Positions 18,428 through 28,260 of a stretch of 64,000 nt of DNA are shown here, piece after piece. The position numbers and the translations under genes are program-made. The notes beneath the pieces are model-generated. The model did no database searches and was not told the DNA's origin. It worked only from the letters and a program-made list of their open reading frames with translations. Numbering within the stretch: the first letter of the stretch is position 1; each line of letters begins with the position of its first letter. The stretch lies in assembly GCA_023245415.1 (NCBI GenBank), contig JAHFKJ010000003.1, positions 7,196-71,195 of the forward strand, read 5' to 3'. The DNA is from Candidatus Gottesmanbacteria bacterium (GTDB lineage Bacteria; Patescibacteriota; Microgenomatia; UBA10105).

Positions 18428-20107
18428 ATGATTCTGCCCGATGTTTTACGAGAAATTATTGTAAAATCCGGATTCGTTTCGGAAAAAGATTTCTCTGCTG
18501 CGGTTAAAAATTCACAGGAACTTAGTAAAAGCATTACAGATATCTTAATCTATCGCGGTCTTATTAGTGAAGACGTTTTGGGAAACTTATTTGCCGAATA
18601 TTATCAAGTACCATTTATTAATTTACGCACAAAAACAATTCCGCAGGAAGTGCTTTCAGTAATTCCCGAAGAAGCTGCTGTTTCTTTTCGCATGATTCCA
18701 TTTCAAATCGAGGGGAGTGAGCTTTTTTTAGCAATGGAAGATCCCAGCGATCTTGAAGCGCGCGAGTTTGTAAAACGAAAGACCGGTCTCTTACTCAAAA
18801 TCCACTTTGTGATTACGCCAGATTTAGATCGGGTTTTAAGTCAATACAAACGCAATATAAAAGATGTTTTTACTAAAATTATTAGTGAAAACATTGAGAA
18901 AAGCGAAATAAGAAAATCTACTAACGCAGCTCAACTAGCGACTGATTTGCCTGTTATCAAAATTCTAGACACAGTTTTGGAATACGGAGTTGCAGAAGGT
19001 GCTTCTGATGTTCATTTTGAAGAAACTGATTCGGATTTTTTAGTTCGTTTCCGAATTGATGGGGTATTACGTGATATTTTGACATTACCCAAAAATATTC
19101 ATCCGGCAATTGTGGCTCGCGTAAAAATCCTCTCGCAATTAAAAATTGATGAGCATCGAATTCCTCAAGATGGACGTTTTAAATTTAAAATTAAAGACAA
19201 TTACATTGCCTTGCGAGTTTCGATATTACCAGCATTTTATGGTGAGAATATAGTCATGCGGATTTTACCAGAATCTGCTCGACCTTTAGCGCTAGAAGAA
19301 TTGGGTATTACAGGTCGTAATCTGGTACTTATAAAAAATAATATCAGAAAGCCGCATGGAATGATTTTGGTAACCGGTCCAACAGGTTCAGGTAAGACAA
19401 CTACACTCTATAGTGTATTAACAATCTTAAATACGACTGAAGTAAAAATCTGTACAGTTGAAGATCCGGTAGAATATGGTATTAAGAGAGTAAATCAAAT
19501 ACAAATTAATCCATCTGCCGGACTCACATTTGCTGCCGGACTCAGATCGTTATTGCGTCATGATCCTGATGTCGTAATGGTTGGTGAAATTCGTGACCAG
19601 GAAACCGCAGAAATGGCAATTCATTCTGCATTAACCGGACACTTGGTATTATCAACGTTGCACACCAACGATGCCGCTAGCACTATTCCGCGTTTTTTGG
19701 ATATGGGGGCGGAAGGATTTTTGGTAGCTTCAACGGTAAATTTAGTTATATCTCAGCGTCTCGTGAAAAAAATTTGTCAGGCTTGCATTGAAAGTTACAA
19801 TCCTGAGACAGAGTTATTGAAATACTTAAACAAATTTGTAGAAGAAAACGAGTTGTTACATAAATTTTATCGGGGAAAAGGATGTATTGAGTGCGGAAAT
19901 CGAGGATATAAAGGAAGAATCGGAATTTATGAGATGCTTGAAGTGAATGAAGAAATCAGGTCGTTGACAATTAACCGCGTATCTGCTGATGAAATCTCTA
20001 AGGCAGCAGTTAAAAACGGGATGGTACCCCTCGTTCATGATGGTATTAATAAAGCGAGTGGTGGTATTACTACAATTGAGGAAGTCTTAAGAGTAGTGAG
20101 GGAATAA
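18428..20107 (+). CDS. pilB: Type IV pilus assembly ATPase PilB (GspE family)
   Basis: 559 aa; N-terminal GSPII_E_N domain; Walker A GPTGSGKTTT; tetracysteine CQAC...CIECG. Confidence 0.93.
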   Translation: MILPDVLREIIVKSGFVSEKDFSAAVKNSQELSKSITDILIYRGLISEDVLGNLFAEYYQVPFINLRTKTIPQEVLSVIPEEAAVSFRMIPFQIEGSELFLAMEDPSDLEAREFVKRKTGLLLKIHFVITPDLDRVLSQYKRNIKDVFTKIISENIEKSEIRKSTNAAQLATDLPVIKILDTVLEYGVAEGASDVHFEETDSDFLVRFRIDGVLRDILTLPKNIHPAIVARVKILSQLKIDEHRIPQDGRFKFKIKDNYIALRVSILPAFYGENIVMRILPESARPLALEELGITGRNLVLIKNNIRKPHGMILVTGPTGSGKTTTLYSVLTILNTTEVKICTVEDPVEYGIKRVNQIQINPSAGLTFAAGLRSLLRHDPDVVMVGEIRDQETAEMAIHSALTGHLVLSTLHTNDAASTIPRFLDMGAEGFLVASTVNLVISQRLVKKICQACIESYNPETELLKYLNKFVEENELLHKFYRGKGCIECGNRGYKGRIGIYEMLEVNEEIRSLTINRVSADEISKAAVKNGMVPLVHDGINKASGGITTIEEVLRVVRE

Positions 20108-21336
20108 TGCCAACATTTAACTATAAAGCCCTTGATAATGCTAAACAAGTTATTGCCGGTTCAGTTACCGTCAAAAACAAGCAGGAAGCTGCGCAAAGTT
20201 TAGTTAAACGCGGGTTATCACCACTGATTATCAAAGAATATTCAGACTCTTCGCGGATTAAAGGAACTGTGCCTCCAATTGATAAAATTACATTTTGCCG
20301 TTATTTATCTACAATGCTTTCATCAGGTTTATCGCTTTCTGAAGGCATCGAAGTTTTACGCGGAGAAACAAAACATACCTTGATGCGCCGAATTTTAGGT
20401 GATATGTCATATAGTCTGGAGCAGGGACAACAGTTATCTACAGTTTTTGATCGGTATCCCAATGTATTTGAACCATATTTCCTGACCTTAACTCATGCCG
20501 GGGAAGTGAGTGGAAAATTAGCCGAAGTCTTTAAATATTTAGAAGCGGAACTGCGGGCTGAATATAGCATGTTTAGCAAGATTAAAGGCGCTTTATTATA
20601 TCCGTTAGTAGTATTTACAGCGATGATCGCTATTGGTATGCTGATGTTTTTTTTCGTACTGCCCCAGATCGGAAAAGTTTTTTTGAGTCTTAAATTGCCT
20701 TTACCATTTTTTACCCAATTCATGTTCAAATTTAGTTTGGCTCTTTCTGGTCAATTTATTCCTATCATAGTGGGAATTATTCTATCCGCGATTATCTTTT
20801 TCTTCTGGTTGAAACAGCCTTTTGCCAAAGAAATCATTATTAAACTTATTCAACCCCTTCCTTTGGTCCGCGATTTAATTAAAAAAATTGATCTTGCCCG
20901 CTTCAATCGAATTTTTTCAACACTTCTTCGCAGTGCTGTGCCAATAACCGAAGCTTTAGAGATATCATTAAGTTCGCTTTCGTGGTTCCAATTTAAACGT
21001 CTGTCTCACGTATTGCCGGAAGAAATTCGTACCGGTAAATCGCTGGCTCTGATTATAAAAGAAAAGCGAGTCTTTCCGTCGCTCATGATACAGATGGTTA
21101 CTGCTGGAGAAAAAACCGGAACATTAGATTCCGCGTTAGCTGATTTAGCTTCATTTTATGAAGAAGAGGTAGAAGAAGAATTAAAAAGTCTGACGCAAAT
21201 TATAGAGCCGGTTCTCATGCTGCTGGTAGGTATTTCAGTTGGAATCATGATTTTATCAATTATCGCACCTATCTATAGTGTAGTAGGCACGTTTCAGCAG
21301 GCAGCAGGTACCCCGGGTACACCACCGATAAAATAA
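20107..21336 (+). CDS. pilC: Type IV pilus platform protein PilC (GspF family)
   Basis: 409 aa; two GspF repeats with TM segments; start overlaps the pilB stop. Confidence 0.9.
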   Translation: MPTFNYKALDNAKQVIAGSVTVKNKQEAAQSLVKRGLSPLIIKEYSDSSRIKGTVPPIDKITFCRYLSTMLSSGLSLSEGIEVLRGETKHTLMRRILGDMSYSLEQGQQLSTVFDRYPNVFEPYFLTLTHAGEVSGKLAEVFKYLEAELRAEYSMFSKIKGALLYPLVVFTAMIAIGMLMFFFVLPQIGKVFLSLKLPLPFFTQFMFKFSLALSGQFIPIIVGIILSAIIFFFWLKQPFAKEIIIKLIQPLPLVRDLIKKIDLARFNRIFSTLLRSAVPITEALEISLSSLSWFQFKRLSHVLPEEIRTGKSLALIIKEKRVFPSLMIQMVTAGEKTGTLDSALADLASFYEEEVEEELKSLTQIIEPVLMLLVGISVGIMILSIIAPIYSVVGTFQQAAGTPGTPPIK

Positions 21337-21342
21337 AGTGGA

Positions 21343-22734
21343 TCACTTTTCTTCCCAGGATATAAATTCATACTCACCTTTGGTTGGGAAATAGGGAGGA
21401 GGAGCGAAATATAATTTAGAATCATAAATTATTTCTCTTTGAGAAAAACCAGAAACCGGATCTGAACCAAATCCGGCATTTCCCTGACCGTAGCTCCAGT
21501 AGGATTTTTGATTACTGATGAGGGAGCCGTAAATAATCAATTGTTGTCTAACTGCTTCGTTAAAATGACTGCAGCCTTGATATTTATAATTGTGTCGAAT
21601 GACTTTTCCTTTTTGTGCAAGTAGCGCAGCATTTATTTCAAAAATTTGGGGGATGTTTAAAGCAAAATAAATATCGTTTTGCGCAATTAGTCCTAAATCT
21701 GAATTGCCGTCTTTTGCAAGATAGGTGAGATTTCCGTCAATCCAGATGTTCATATTATTGATATCAATTGGAAATTTCGCAGCTACAACAGTAGCTTTTC
21801 CATTTACCACACCGTCGACCCAAAGCATATCTTCTAAAAAGATGATTGGTTTGGTACTTATTGAATACGTCCCAATTGTTGTTTCGTTTTGGATATCTTG
21901 ATATAAATTTTCACAACCATTTTCAACGCTCCAACCCTGTTTATTTTGCACGTTTGTTACTTTTTTTATTGTATAATTACCGTCGGGTGTAAATATCAGA
22001 TGATATCCATATGCACCTGATGATTGAAGATATGTTCCTGATATTTGGGCAGCTGATTGCATCTTGTTGAAATCTAGTGCAAAACTTTTAAAATCTACTC
22101 CTGTTACAGGGAATTGCCAGAGGTTTTGTGGACCACCGTCACCCCAAACGCCGGGTTTTGGTTCAGAAGGCGAACAACCAGTTTCCGTCCCGCATGTATA
22201 GATATTTTTGGCACTTTGGACCGTAGAATCGTGAGTTCCGTCCATGCGAATTCCGCCGTTAGAGAAAACTTTTCCTTGAATATTAATTTTTTGACCAAAC
22301 CAAACATTTGCATTATGCAAAAAGGCGTAACTTGCGATAGAGGGTAAGCCATATTTTGTGACGACAGTGCGTTTTATATCAGAGTGATTATTTATCCATC
22401 CTTGTGACGAGATGGTTATGATTGATGATCCGGATGCAGGTGGGGTAATCGTTAAGCTAAATGTACCCTCAGTACCACCATAAGGATCAGATATTGTGTG
22501 TACGTATGGGCCAGCGTTTGTGGTGCCATCTTTAAAATCTGAAAGATCATGAGCCAGGTGCCAACGGTAGTATTCCGCTCCAGATTGGGCTACGGTTAAT
22601 GCTTTTTCAAATGCTTCAGTTCGTGTAGATGATGTAAACTGTGTTGCGGTGAATAATACGAGGCCTCCCACAGCAATGACTATGACTAGGCCCAACAAGA
22701 GGACTAAAATGGAAATACTGCCATTTTTATTCAT
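21343..22734 (-). CDS. Large pilus-associated protein with N-terminal TM anchor (PilX/minor-pilin-like)
   Basis: 463 aa; N-terminal hydrophobic helix ISILVLLLGLVIVIAVGGLVLF; last gene of the minus-strand prepilin operon. Confidence 0.45.
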   Translation of the reverse strand: MNKNGSISILVLLLGLVIVIAVGGLVLFTATQFTSSTRTEAFEKALTVAQSGAEYYRWHLAHDLSDFKDGTTNAGPYVHTISDPYGGTEGTFSLTITPPASGSSIITISSQGWINNHSDIKRTVVTKYGLPSIASYAFLHNANVWFGQKINIQGKVFSNGGIRMDGTHDSTVQSAKNIYTCGTETGCSPSEPKPGVWGDGGPQNLWQFPVTGVDFKSFALDFNKMQSAAQISGTYLQSSGAYGYHLIFTPDGNYTIKKVTNVQNKQGWSVENGCENLYQDIQNETTIGTYSISTKPIIFLEDMLWVDGVVNGKATVVAAKFPIDINNMNIWIDGNLTYLAKDGNSDLGLIAQNDIYFALNIPQIFEINAALLAQKGKVIRHNYKYQGCSHFNEAVRQQLIIYGSLISNQKSYWSYGQGNAGFGSDPVSGFSQREIIYDSKLYFAPPPYFPTKGEYEFISWEEK

Positions 22735-23393
22735 AAATTATCTTTCATACTTCTTATTTGGACTCCCGATTTTAAATCAAATGGTTGTGCACCTTTATTG
22801 GAATTAACATTAATTCTAATATACACACTAATATATCGCGTATTCAAAATTCGCAAATTTATAGGTAAGGGATTGTTAATCTGATCAATAGGCCAGTTAC
22901 CGTTATAGTACTTAAAAAGAGGTAATCCAGCATTATCTACATATGAAGCAACAGTTGAAACTTTTTCATTTTCAGCAGGGTAAGTTACTGGCGCTTGAGT
23001 AGGTTCAATTACGCCTTTTTTCAAATTAGTGCCTGTTATGAAGTAGCGTATTCTGTCTGATCTACCATCATTAGTTACATCACCATAAAAAATAATTGTA
23101 TTATCATCGGATTGAAAAATCGGCCAGGCACCTGTTTCACTTATTCGTGCTTCTCTTATTTCCCGTATCAAGGTTGTTAATGCTTGTTGAGCTATTCCGA
23201 CAGATTGATTTTCCTCAAATGAAAAGGAGTAATTTTGAAAATAGTAAGCCGCAAACGCGGTGACACCAACAATTAATGCTGTGGATATAAAAATCGCTAG
23301 AATAAACTCAATTATAGTAAAAGCTGAATTTTGTTTTAAAATGCTTTGCAAGCCTACTGTCTTTTTTATAACGTAATATTTTATTAAACGCAT
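22731..23393 (-). CDS. Prepilin-type N-terminal cleavage/methylation domain protein (minor pilin)
   Basis: Class III signal AFTIIEFILAIFISTALIVG (G/A-F-T-hydrophobic-E). Confidence 0.6.
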   Translation of the reverse strand: MRLIKYYVIKKTVGLQSILKQNSAFTIIEFILAIFISTALIVGVTAFAAYYFQNYSFSFEENQSVGIAQQALTTLIREIREARISETGAWPIFQSDDNTIIFYGDVTNDGRSDRIRYFITGTNLKKGVIEPTQAPVTYPAENEKVSTVASYVDNAGLPLFKYYNGNWPIDQINNPLPINLRILNTRYISVYIRINVNSNKGAQPFDLKSGVQIRSMKDNL

Positions 23394-23398
23394 ATTAT

Positions 23399-24781
23399 TT
23401 ATGGGTTTGGATTTAATGTGATTGTTTCCTGATGAATGGTTGTAAGACTATATGAAGCCGTTGCAGTTTGGTAGCCGTCTGAAAATATATTCAAATCATA
23501 TGTTCCAGGTATTAACTCGCCAAAGAAAGCCTGGCCAAAATCTGCTGCACCACTTGCTCCAACAGGTTTAGTACTATCAAATTCTGGCAACTTCGTTAAT
23601 CGGGCACTAGCTGAAGCAATTAACTCTCCACCAGTTTTTTTTACCGCGACGAGTAAAGATGTGTTTGATTTAGGTACTGCAGAAATAGCTACAGTGAGTT
23701 TTGTGGCAGGCAGAAGTACTACAGGATTTAGAGGATTTGAGCCGGCCAGATTATATGCTGAGTTCGAAAAGTCAAGTTTATAGGAGTCCCATTCCAGGTC
23801 GGGTATAGAAACTGTACCGCCGCCAGTATTGGTAGAGAAACTATATTTATAAACGGGTTCATCAAATGTATCATAACCAATAATTTTACTGCCTTTTAGG
23901 GTGAATTGTACATTAGAAATTGGAGGAAATTCGGACTCGCGGCTTCCCAAAGAGTTAACGGTTATTTGTGATGCTTGATCTATGGCAAAAGAGATTTGGG
24001 TGATTTTACCCTCGAGAACGGTAGCACTGGGTTGTAAGGGATTTGCAACTTCAGAGGACAAATACGTTTTATCAGTTGTATAATTTGGTTTGGTAATTGT
24101 CACCTGATAACAGGCGATACACGGTGGTGTTCCGGGGAGACTTAATATTCCATTTGCATTGGTGAGCGTCTGTATATGAATATTTGGGTTAATGCTGGTG
24201 TTGTCAACTGCGACTGTTGCATTCGAAACAGGAATCCCACTGGAATTAAATACTTGGATATAAAGCGTACCTCCGCCGGCTAATGTTTCGATACCCTTTG
24301 GCGCCACATTTGCAACCAAGGCGACCGGATAGCGCGAAGGATAGGCTCCCTGCCAATCTATCTCAATCCGCACTCTTTTGTAATCAGTGTTGAGTAAATC
24401 ATTTGGAGCCACACCATCAAAAGGATCATCGATATAAATTATAGATGTTTTGACGGTGAAATCGAGACTATTAATATTTTTTATTTCTGATTGAAGTAAT
24501 GCTCCTTGTGGAATACCACCTTGAGTGCCGACTTGGTTATAGGGAAGGTTTCGGACATTTTCCATTTTTTCTTGTGCTAGAGACAGAGCAACAGATCGAA
24601 TTCTTGATTCAGCCACATTCTGCAAGACCAACTGCAGAATAATCGCAACAGAAGCAAAAAAAATTCCTAAGACTCCCAGAGCGACTAGTGTTTCTACAAG
24701 CGTAAAGCCAGAAACTAAGTTACTGCAAAAATATTGTATTGGTTTTGGAGATTTATTAACATTGATCAATAATTTGGGCAT
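23399..24781 (-). CDS. Large prepilin-type (pseudopilin) protein
   Basis: 460 aa; N-terminal GFTLVETLVALGVLGIFFA prepilin motif; beta-rich remainder. Confidence 0.6.
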   Translation of the reverse strand: MPKLLINVNKSPKPIQYFCSNLVSGFTLVETLVALGVLGIFFASVAIILQLVLQNVAESRIRSVALSLAQEKMENVRNLPYNQVGTQGGIPQGALLQSEIKNINSLDFTVKTSIIYIDDPFDGVAPNDLLNTDYKRVRIEIDWQGAYPSRYPVALVANVAPKGIETLAGGGTLYIQVFNSSGIPVSNATVAVDNTSINPNIHIQTLTNANGILSLPGTPPCIACYQVTITKPNYTTDKTYLSSEVANPLQPSATVLEGKITQISFAIDQASQITVNSLGSRESEFPPISNVQFTLKGSKIIGYDTFDEPVYKYSFSTNTGGGTVSIPDLEWDSYKLDFSNSAYNLAGSNPLNPVVLLPATKLTVAISAVPKSNTSLLVAVKKTGGELIASASARLTKLPEFDSTKPVGASGAADFGQAFFGELIPGTYDLNIFSDGYQTATASYSLTTIHQETITLNPNP

Positions 24782-24871
24782 AACTTCATGATTACTATCT
24801 TACGCATTTTACAAATATGATACAAGCAATGATTCGTGGTACAATTTAAACAATATAAATTATAACGCCAC

Positions 24872-26299
24872 ATGTTGTCACTGCCCGAATTTTTTTTACC
24901 AAAACTTAAACATTTTGGACTTTCAGTTGGACGAGCATCGCTTCGAGCTGTAGAAATGAGTTCGCATGGCAAAGTTCGTACAGCAATTGAAATACCATTT
25001 CCCGATACTATTTTCAAGGATGGGGAACTGGTCAAAAAGGATATTTTTCGAGATCTGCTTAAGAAATTAATCACTCAAGGGAAATTCACTACACCTTATG
25101 TTGCCGTATGTTTTTCTGAGATTTATGCTTATACGAGGGGGTATTCTCTTCCTCTAATCCCGATTGAGGAAATTCAAGAAGCTGTCTCCTGGCACGTAAA
25201 AGACCTGTTTCCATTTCCGGAAATAGATATTTACTACGACTGGAAGTTATTAGAGACTCATGAAAAAGAATATGAAATTGGCGTAGTCGCAGTTCCCAAA
25301 AAAGTATTAGATCCATTAGTTGAAGAAATCATAAATATTGGTCTTAAACCATTAAGTTTTGAGCCCGGCGCTTCGGTAATTGCCCGTTTATTACTCTTAA
25401 AGCCGCATCAGCAGGTAATTGTTACAGAAATTAACCGTCATGGTGCTTATGTAACACTTGTGGATGGCGAGAAGGCTCTTTTCACCACAGTAGTAAATTA
25501 CGCAGCAGATGAAACTTCAGCTGAATATGTCAATAGTATCACCGCAACTGTTAAAGAAATCGCAGCATACTATCTTAAAAAAGGTATAACTAAGTCGGCG
25601 AATCCACCAATAATTTTATCCGGGGAAGCAGTTAATGAAGAAGTTGCCAAGCTTCTGTGCAGTTCTACCGGGTCATCAGTCAAAATTTTCCAAACCCAAC
25701 TTCAAAATCCCGGGTTTAATAAAGCATTCGCAGTTGCAGTTTCAAAAATAAAACCTCCCTACGACCCTAATACTATTAATTTATTGCCATTGAGTCTGCA
25801 GGAACAATATGATAGCGAGCGAGCGAACCTTTTTTATACAAATTTACTGATTCGAATGATTATAGGGATCATTTTCACAATAACATTTTCAGTTACTTCT
25901 TATATATTTACGAGTATGGTTAGACAGCAGATTGAGTTGAATGTGAAGTTAACATCAGCTCGCACAAATGCAAAAAGATCTGATATGCAGCAATTGCTGT
26001 TACTTAACGCTCAGGCTCGCAATATTGTAAATCTGGCACCGCTTAGAAAAACACCTCAGGACAAACTACAGGTAATTAATACTGTTTTGCCGGCAGGCAT
26101 TACCATAAGTCAGTGGGAATATGATGATACGAAATTACAATATACTTTAACCGGTACTGCAGATAGGCGGGAAGAATTACTCGCTTTAAAAGCTAAACTT
26201 GAAAAAACTGATGAATTTACAAATGTGATATTGCCTTTAGGTTCTCTTGAAACACCTGAAAATATCCAATTTTCGATAACTTTTGTAACCAAAAAATAA
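24872..26299 (+). CDS. pilM: Type IV pilus assembly protein PilM-like (actin-like ATPase fold) with C-terminal TM/PilN-like extension
   Basis: 475 aa; N-terminal about 300 aa PilM-like; TM helix LLIRMIIGIIFTITFSVTSYIF near residue 315, then a roughly 130-aa periplasmic tail; pilus-locus context. Confidence 0.55.
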   Translation: MLSLPEFFLPKLKHFGLSVGRASLRAVEMSSHGKVRTAIEIPFPDTIFKDGELVKKDIFRDLLKKLITQGKFTTPYVAVCFSEIYAYTRGYSLPLIPIEEIQEAVSWHVKDLFPFPEIDIYYDWKLLETHEKEYEIGVVAVPKKVLDPLVEEIINIGLKPLSFEPGASVIARLLLLKPHQQVIVTEINRHGAYVTLVDGEKALFTTVVNYAADETSAEYVNSITATVKEIAAYYLKKGITKSANPPIILSGEAVNEEVAKLLCSSTGSSVKIFQTQLQNPGFNKAFAVAVSKIKPPYDPNTINLLPLSLQEQYDSERANLFYTNLLIRMIIGIIFTITFSVTSYIFTSMVRQQIELNVKLTSARTNAKRSDMQQLLLLNAQARNIVNLAPLRKTPQDKLQVINTVLPAGITISQWEYDDTKLQYTLTGTADRREELLALKAKLEKTDEFTNVILPLGSLETPENIQFSITFVTKK

Positions 26300-26305
26300 A
26301 TTATT

Positions 26306-26854
26306 ATGGCAGAAAAAAAAATAGTCATTAAATCTCGACAGCCGACTCTGCTACTGATTGTTAGTTTGATTTTAGTTGTGCTAAATATAGCGTTCTTAAT
26401 TTTTTCAGCTAACGAAAGTAGAACTATTACACTTTTATCTAATGAGTTAATTTCACTCGAGCAGGATAAACGCATCATTACATCAGCAGCAGAAATTTCA
26501 AGTACCTATAATAAGGAAATAGCTGTTATTTCAAATGTGTTTCCTAACGAAGAAACAATGCCCATCTTTATTCAACGGTTAGAGACATTACTAAAAAACT
26601 ACACCGATTCATATAGTTTTAAATTCAGTTCTATTACTCCAATTAAAGAACAGGATCGTCTTTATCTGCCTTTAGCTTTAGTTCTGCGAATTGACTTAGA
26701 TAGACTCGTCAAGCTCATGACGAGAATTGAAAAACTCCCCTTTATGATGCATATTAATTCTATTAATACAAAAACTCCCGATGGTTTTATAAAACTGGGT
26801 GAAAGTACCATTATAATTAAATTATATGTTCAAAACCCTTTTACAACAAAATAA
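26306..26854 (+). CDS. PilO-like bitopic pilus assembly protein
   Basis: 182 aa; single N-terminal TM (LLLIVSLILVVLNIAFLIF) then coiled-coil; position after the pilM/N-like gene. Confidence 0.4.
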   Translation: MAEKKIVIKSRQPTLLLIVSLILVVLNIAFLIFSANESRTITLLSNELISLEQDKRIITSAAEISSTYNKEIAVISNVFPNEETMPIFIQRLETLLKNYTDSYSFKFSSITPIKEQDRLYLPLALVLRIDLDRLVKLMTRIEKLPFMMHINSINTKTPDGFIKLGESTIIIKLYVQNPFTTK

Positions 26855-27029
26855 ACCCGCAATTGCGGTTGCAAGTGTTTTAATCGGACTACTGGTATTG
26901 TTTACTATCAACATAGTTGTATTGGTGCCTATACTCATAAACGCTTATAAACCTGTGCATAAATCTGAAAATCAAACTGCGATAGATATTGACACAGTGA
27001 ATAAAGCTATTGAATATTTAAATGAGTAA
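26826..27029 (+). CDS. Small single-TM protein (67 aa), possible pilus accessory component
   Basis: ORF overlapping the pilO-like 3' end by 29 nt; one TM helix; weak support. Confidence 0.3.
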   Translation: MFKTLLQQNKPAIAVASVLIGLLVLFTINIVVLVPILINAYKPVHKSENQTAIDIDTVNKAIEYLNE

Positions 27030-27115
27030 CTTCATTGACAACGTATATGGCATTTGTTAGGCTGAAATTAATACATAAAAAGCCAGTTTTTATTTTTTGA
27101 GAGGAGGTGAAACAA

Positions 27116-27550
27116 ATGCAGTCACTTCGAAAACATACTCGCGGTTTTACCTTAATAGAGTTACTTGTTGTAATCGGTATAATAGGAATTCTTGCGGCAG
27201 TCGTTTTGGTCGCAGTCAATCCTGGTCGGCAATTTGCTTCAGCGCGTGATACGCAAAGAAGAGCTGATTTATATTCAATTACTAACGCAATTTACCAATA
27301 CGCAGCAGAAAATAATGGGAATATACCTGTTGTAATTACCACGACTCCAACACACGTTGGTACCGCTGGAGGATTAACTAATTTGGCGCCGGTCATTGTA
27401 CCTACGTATATCGCAGCCGTACCAAAAGATCCTACCAATGGCACAGATGCAGATACCCAGTATACCATCTATAAAGACGCAAACGGTCGAGTAGTCGCAA
27501 CGGCTTCAAGTGAGTTGAATCCGGGAACTAATATTACCGTGATTCGTTAA
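27116..27550 (+). CDS. Type IV pilin (major pilin paralogue 1)
   Basis: Leader MQSLRKHTRG followed by FTLIELLVVIGIIGILAAVVLV (class III signal, E5 preserved); GGAGG 9 nt upstream of the ATG at 27116. Confidence 0.85.
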   Translation: MQSLRKHTRGFTLIELLVVIGIIGILAAVVLVAVNPGRQFASARDTQRRADLYSITNAIYQYAAENNGNIPVVITTTPTHVGTAGGLTNLAPVIVPTYIAAVPKDPTNGTDADTQYTIYKDANGRVVATASSELNPGTNITVIR

Positions 27551-27593
27551 TGGAAGTAACGCGTTATCTTCCATTACTGCTTGATGGAAGATT

Positions 27594-27623
27594 AAAAAAA
27601 CAACCCCGACTAAGTCGGGGTTG
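27594..27623. terminator. Bidirectional rho-independent terminator shared by the pilin gene (+) and rnpB (-)
   Basis: A7 run, then CAACCCCGAC-TAAG-TCGGGGTTG, then TTTGT; perfect 10-bp stem. Confidence 0.65.
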
Positions 27624-27624
27624 T

Positions 27625-28192
27625 TTGTAGGGAAACTCATAAGCCAGATTCTGTTTTTCCCATCCGCCTGAAGCGGACGGGATAGACGATCATTTCTCTC
27701 AGTGATGATATTGTCATCTAACTGTCCCGACTTAGTCGGGATGCCTTCAAGCTTTGGTGTTTTCTTACAAGAATGCTTAAAGAGTAAAGCAAATAACACC
27801 GTTCGGAAGTTGCTACGAGTGGGATTATCATCGTCAAGTACCAGACGGTACCTGACTTCGTTTCACTCCCCTGGCATGCTCGGGGTAAACTTCTCTTTAA
27901 AGATAGTTTATCCTCGAGTTTAGCGAAGGACTCGTCTCTGTGATTCTCTCAGCCTGTTAATTCAGGAATCGTTCCCGACAACTTTCGTTATCGGAACACC
28001 AGCCATTGGCCTTCGACTTTAGGATACACTTTTTTAAAGTGTATACCTTCGCTCAGGTCCCCCTGAGTTTGATGTAGAAGGTTACTGGTATCGATTTACA
28101 TCGATTCCCCACTCTTTATGTAGTCTGGACTTTCCTCCCCGCCAGTCATTTAAGTTTTAACCGTTAAGGGCGATCATCCGGTTTCCCTACAA
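27625..28192 (-). ncRNA. rnpB: RNase P RNA (bacterial, unusually long at about 566 nt)
   Basis: The minus strand contains the universal GGGGAGGAAAGUCCAGAC (P4 5' strand), GGGGAGUGAAACGAAG (GGGUGAAA-like) and ACAGAAUCUGGCUUAUGAG (P4 3' strand / ACAGAAxCCGGCUUA), with P1 pairing GUAGGGAAAC / GUUUCCCUAC; it ends at a terminator. Confidence 0.8.
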
Positions 28193-28260
28193 CCTAATTA
28201 TATCAAATAGCGGCAATTTTAGAGCTACCTAAGAAACTACACCCATGATAGTATGAAAGT

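Noticed and set aside
27506-27923. Two ORFs (27506..27799 minus, 27702..27923 plus)
   Set aside because: They lie entirely inside the RNase P RNA gene and its terminator; the composition is RNA-like, not coding
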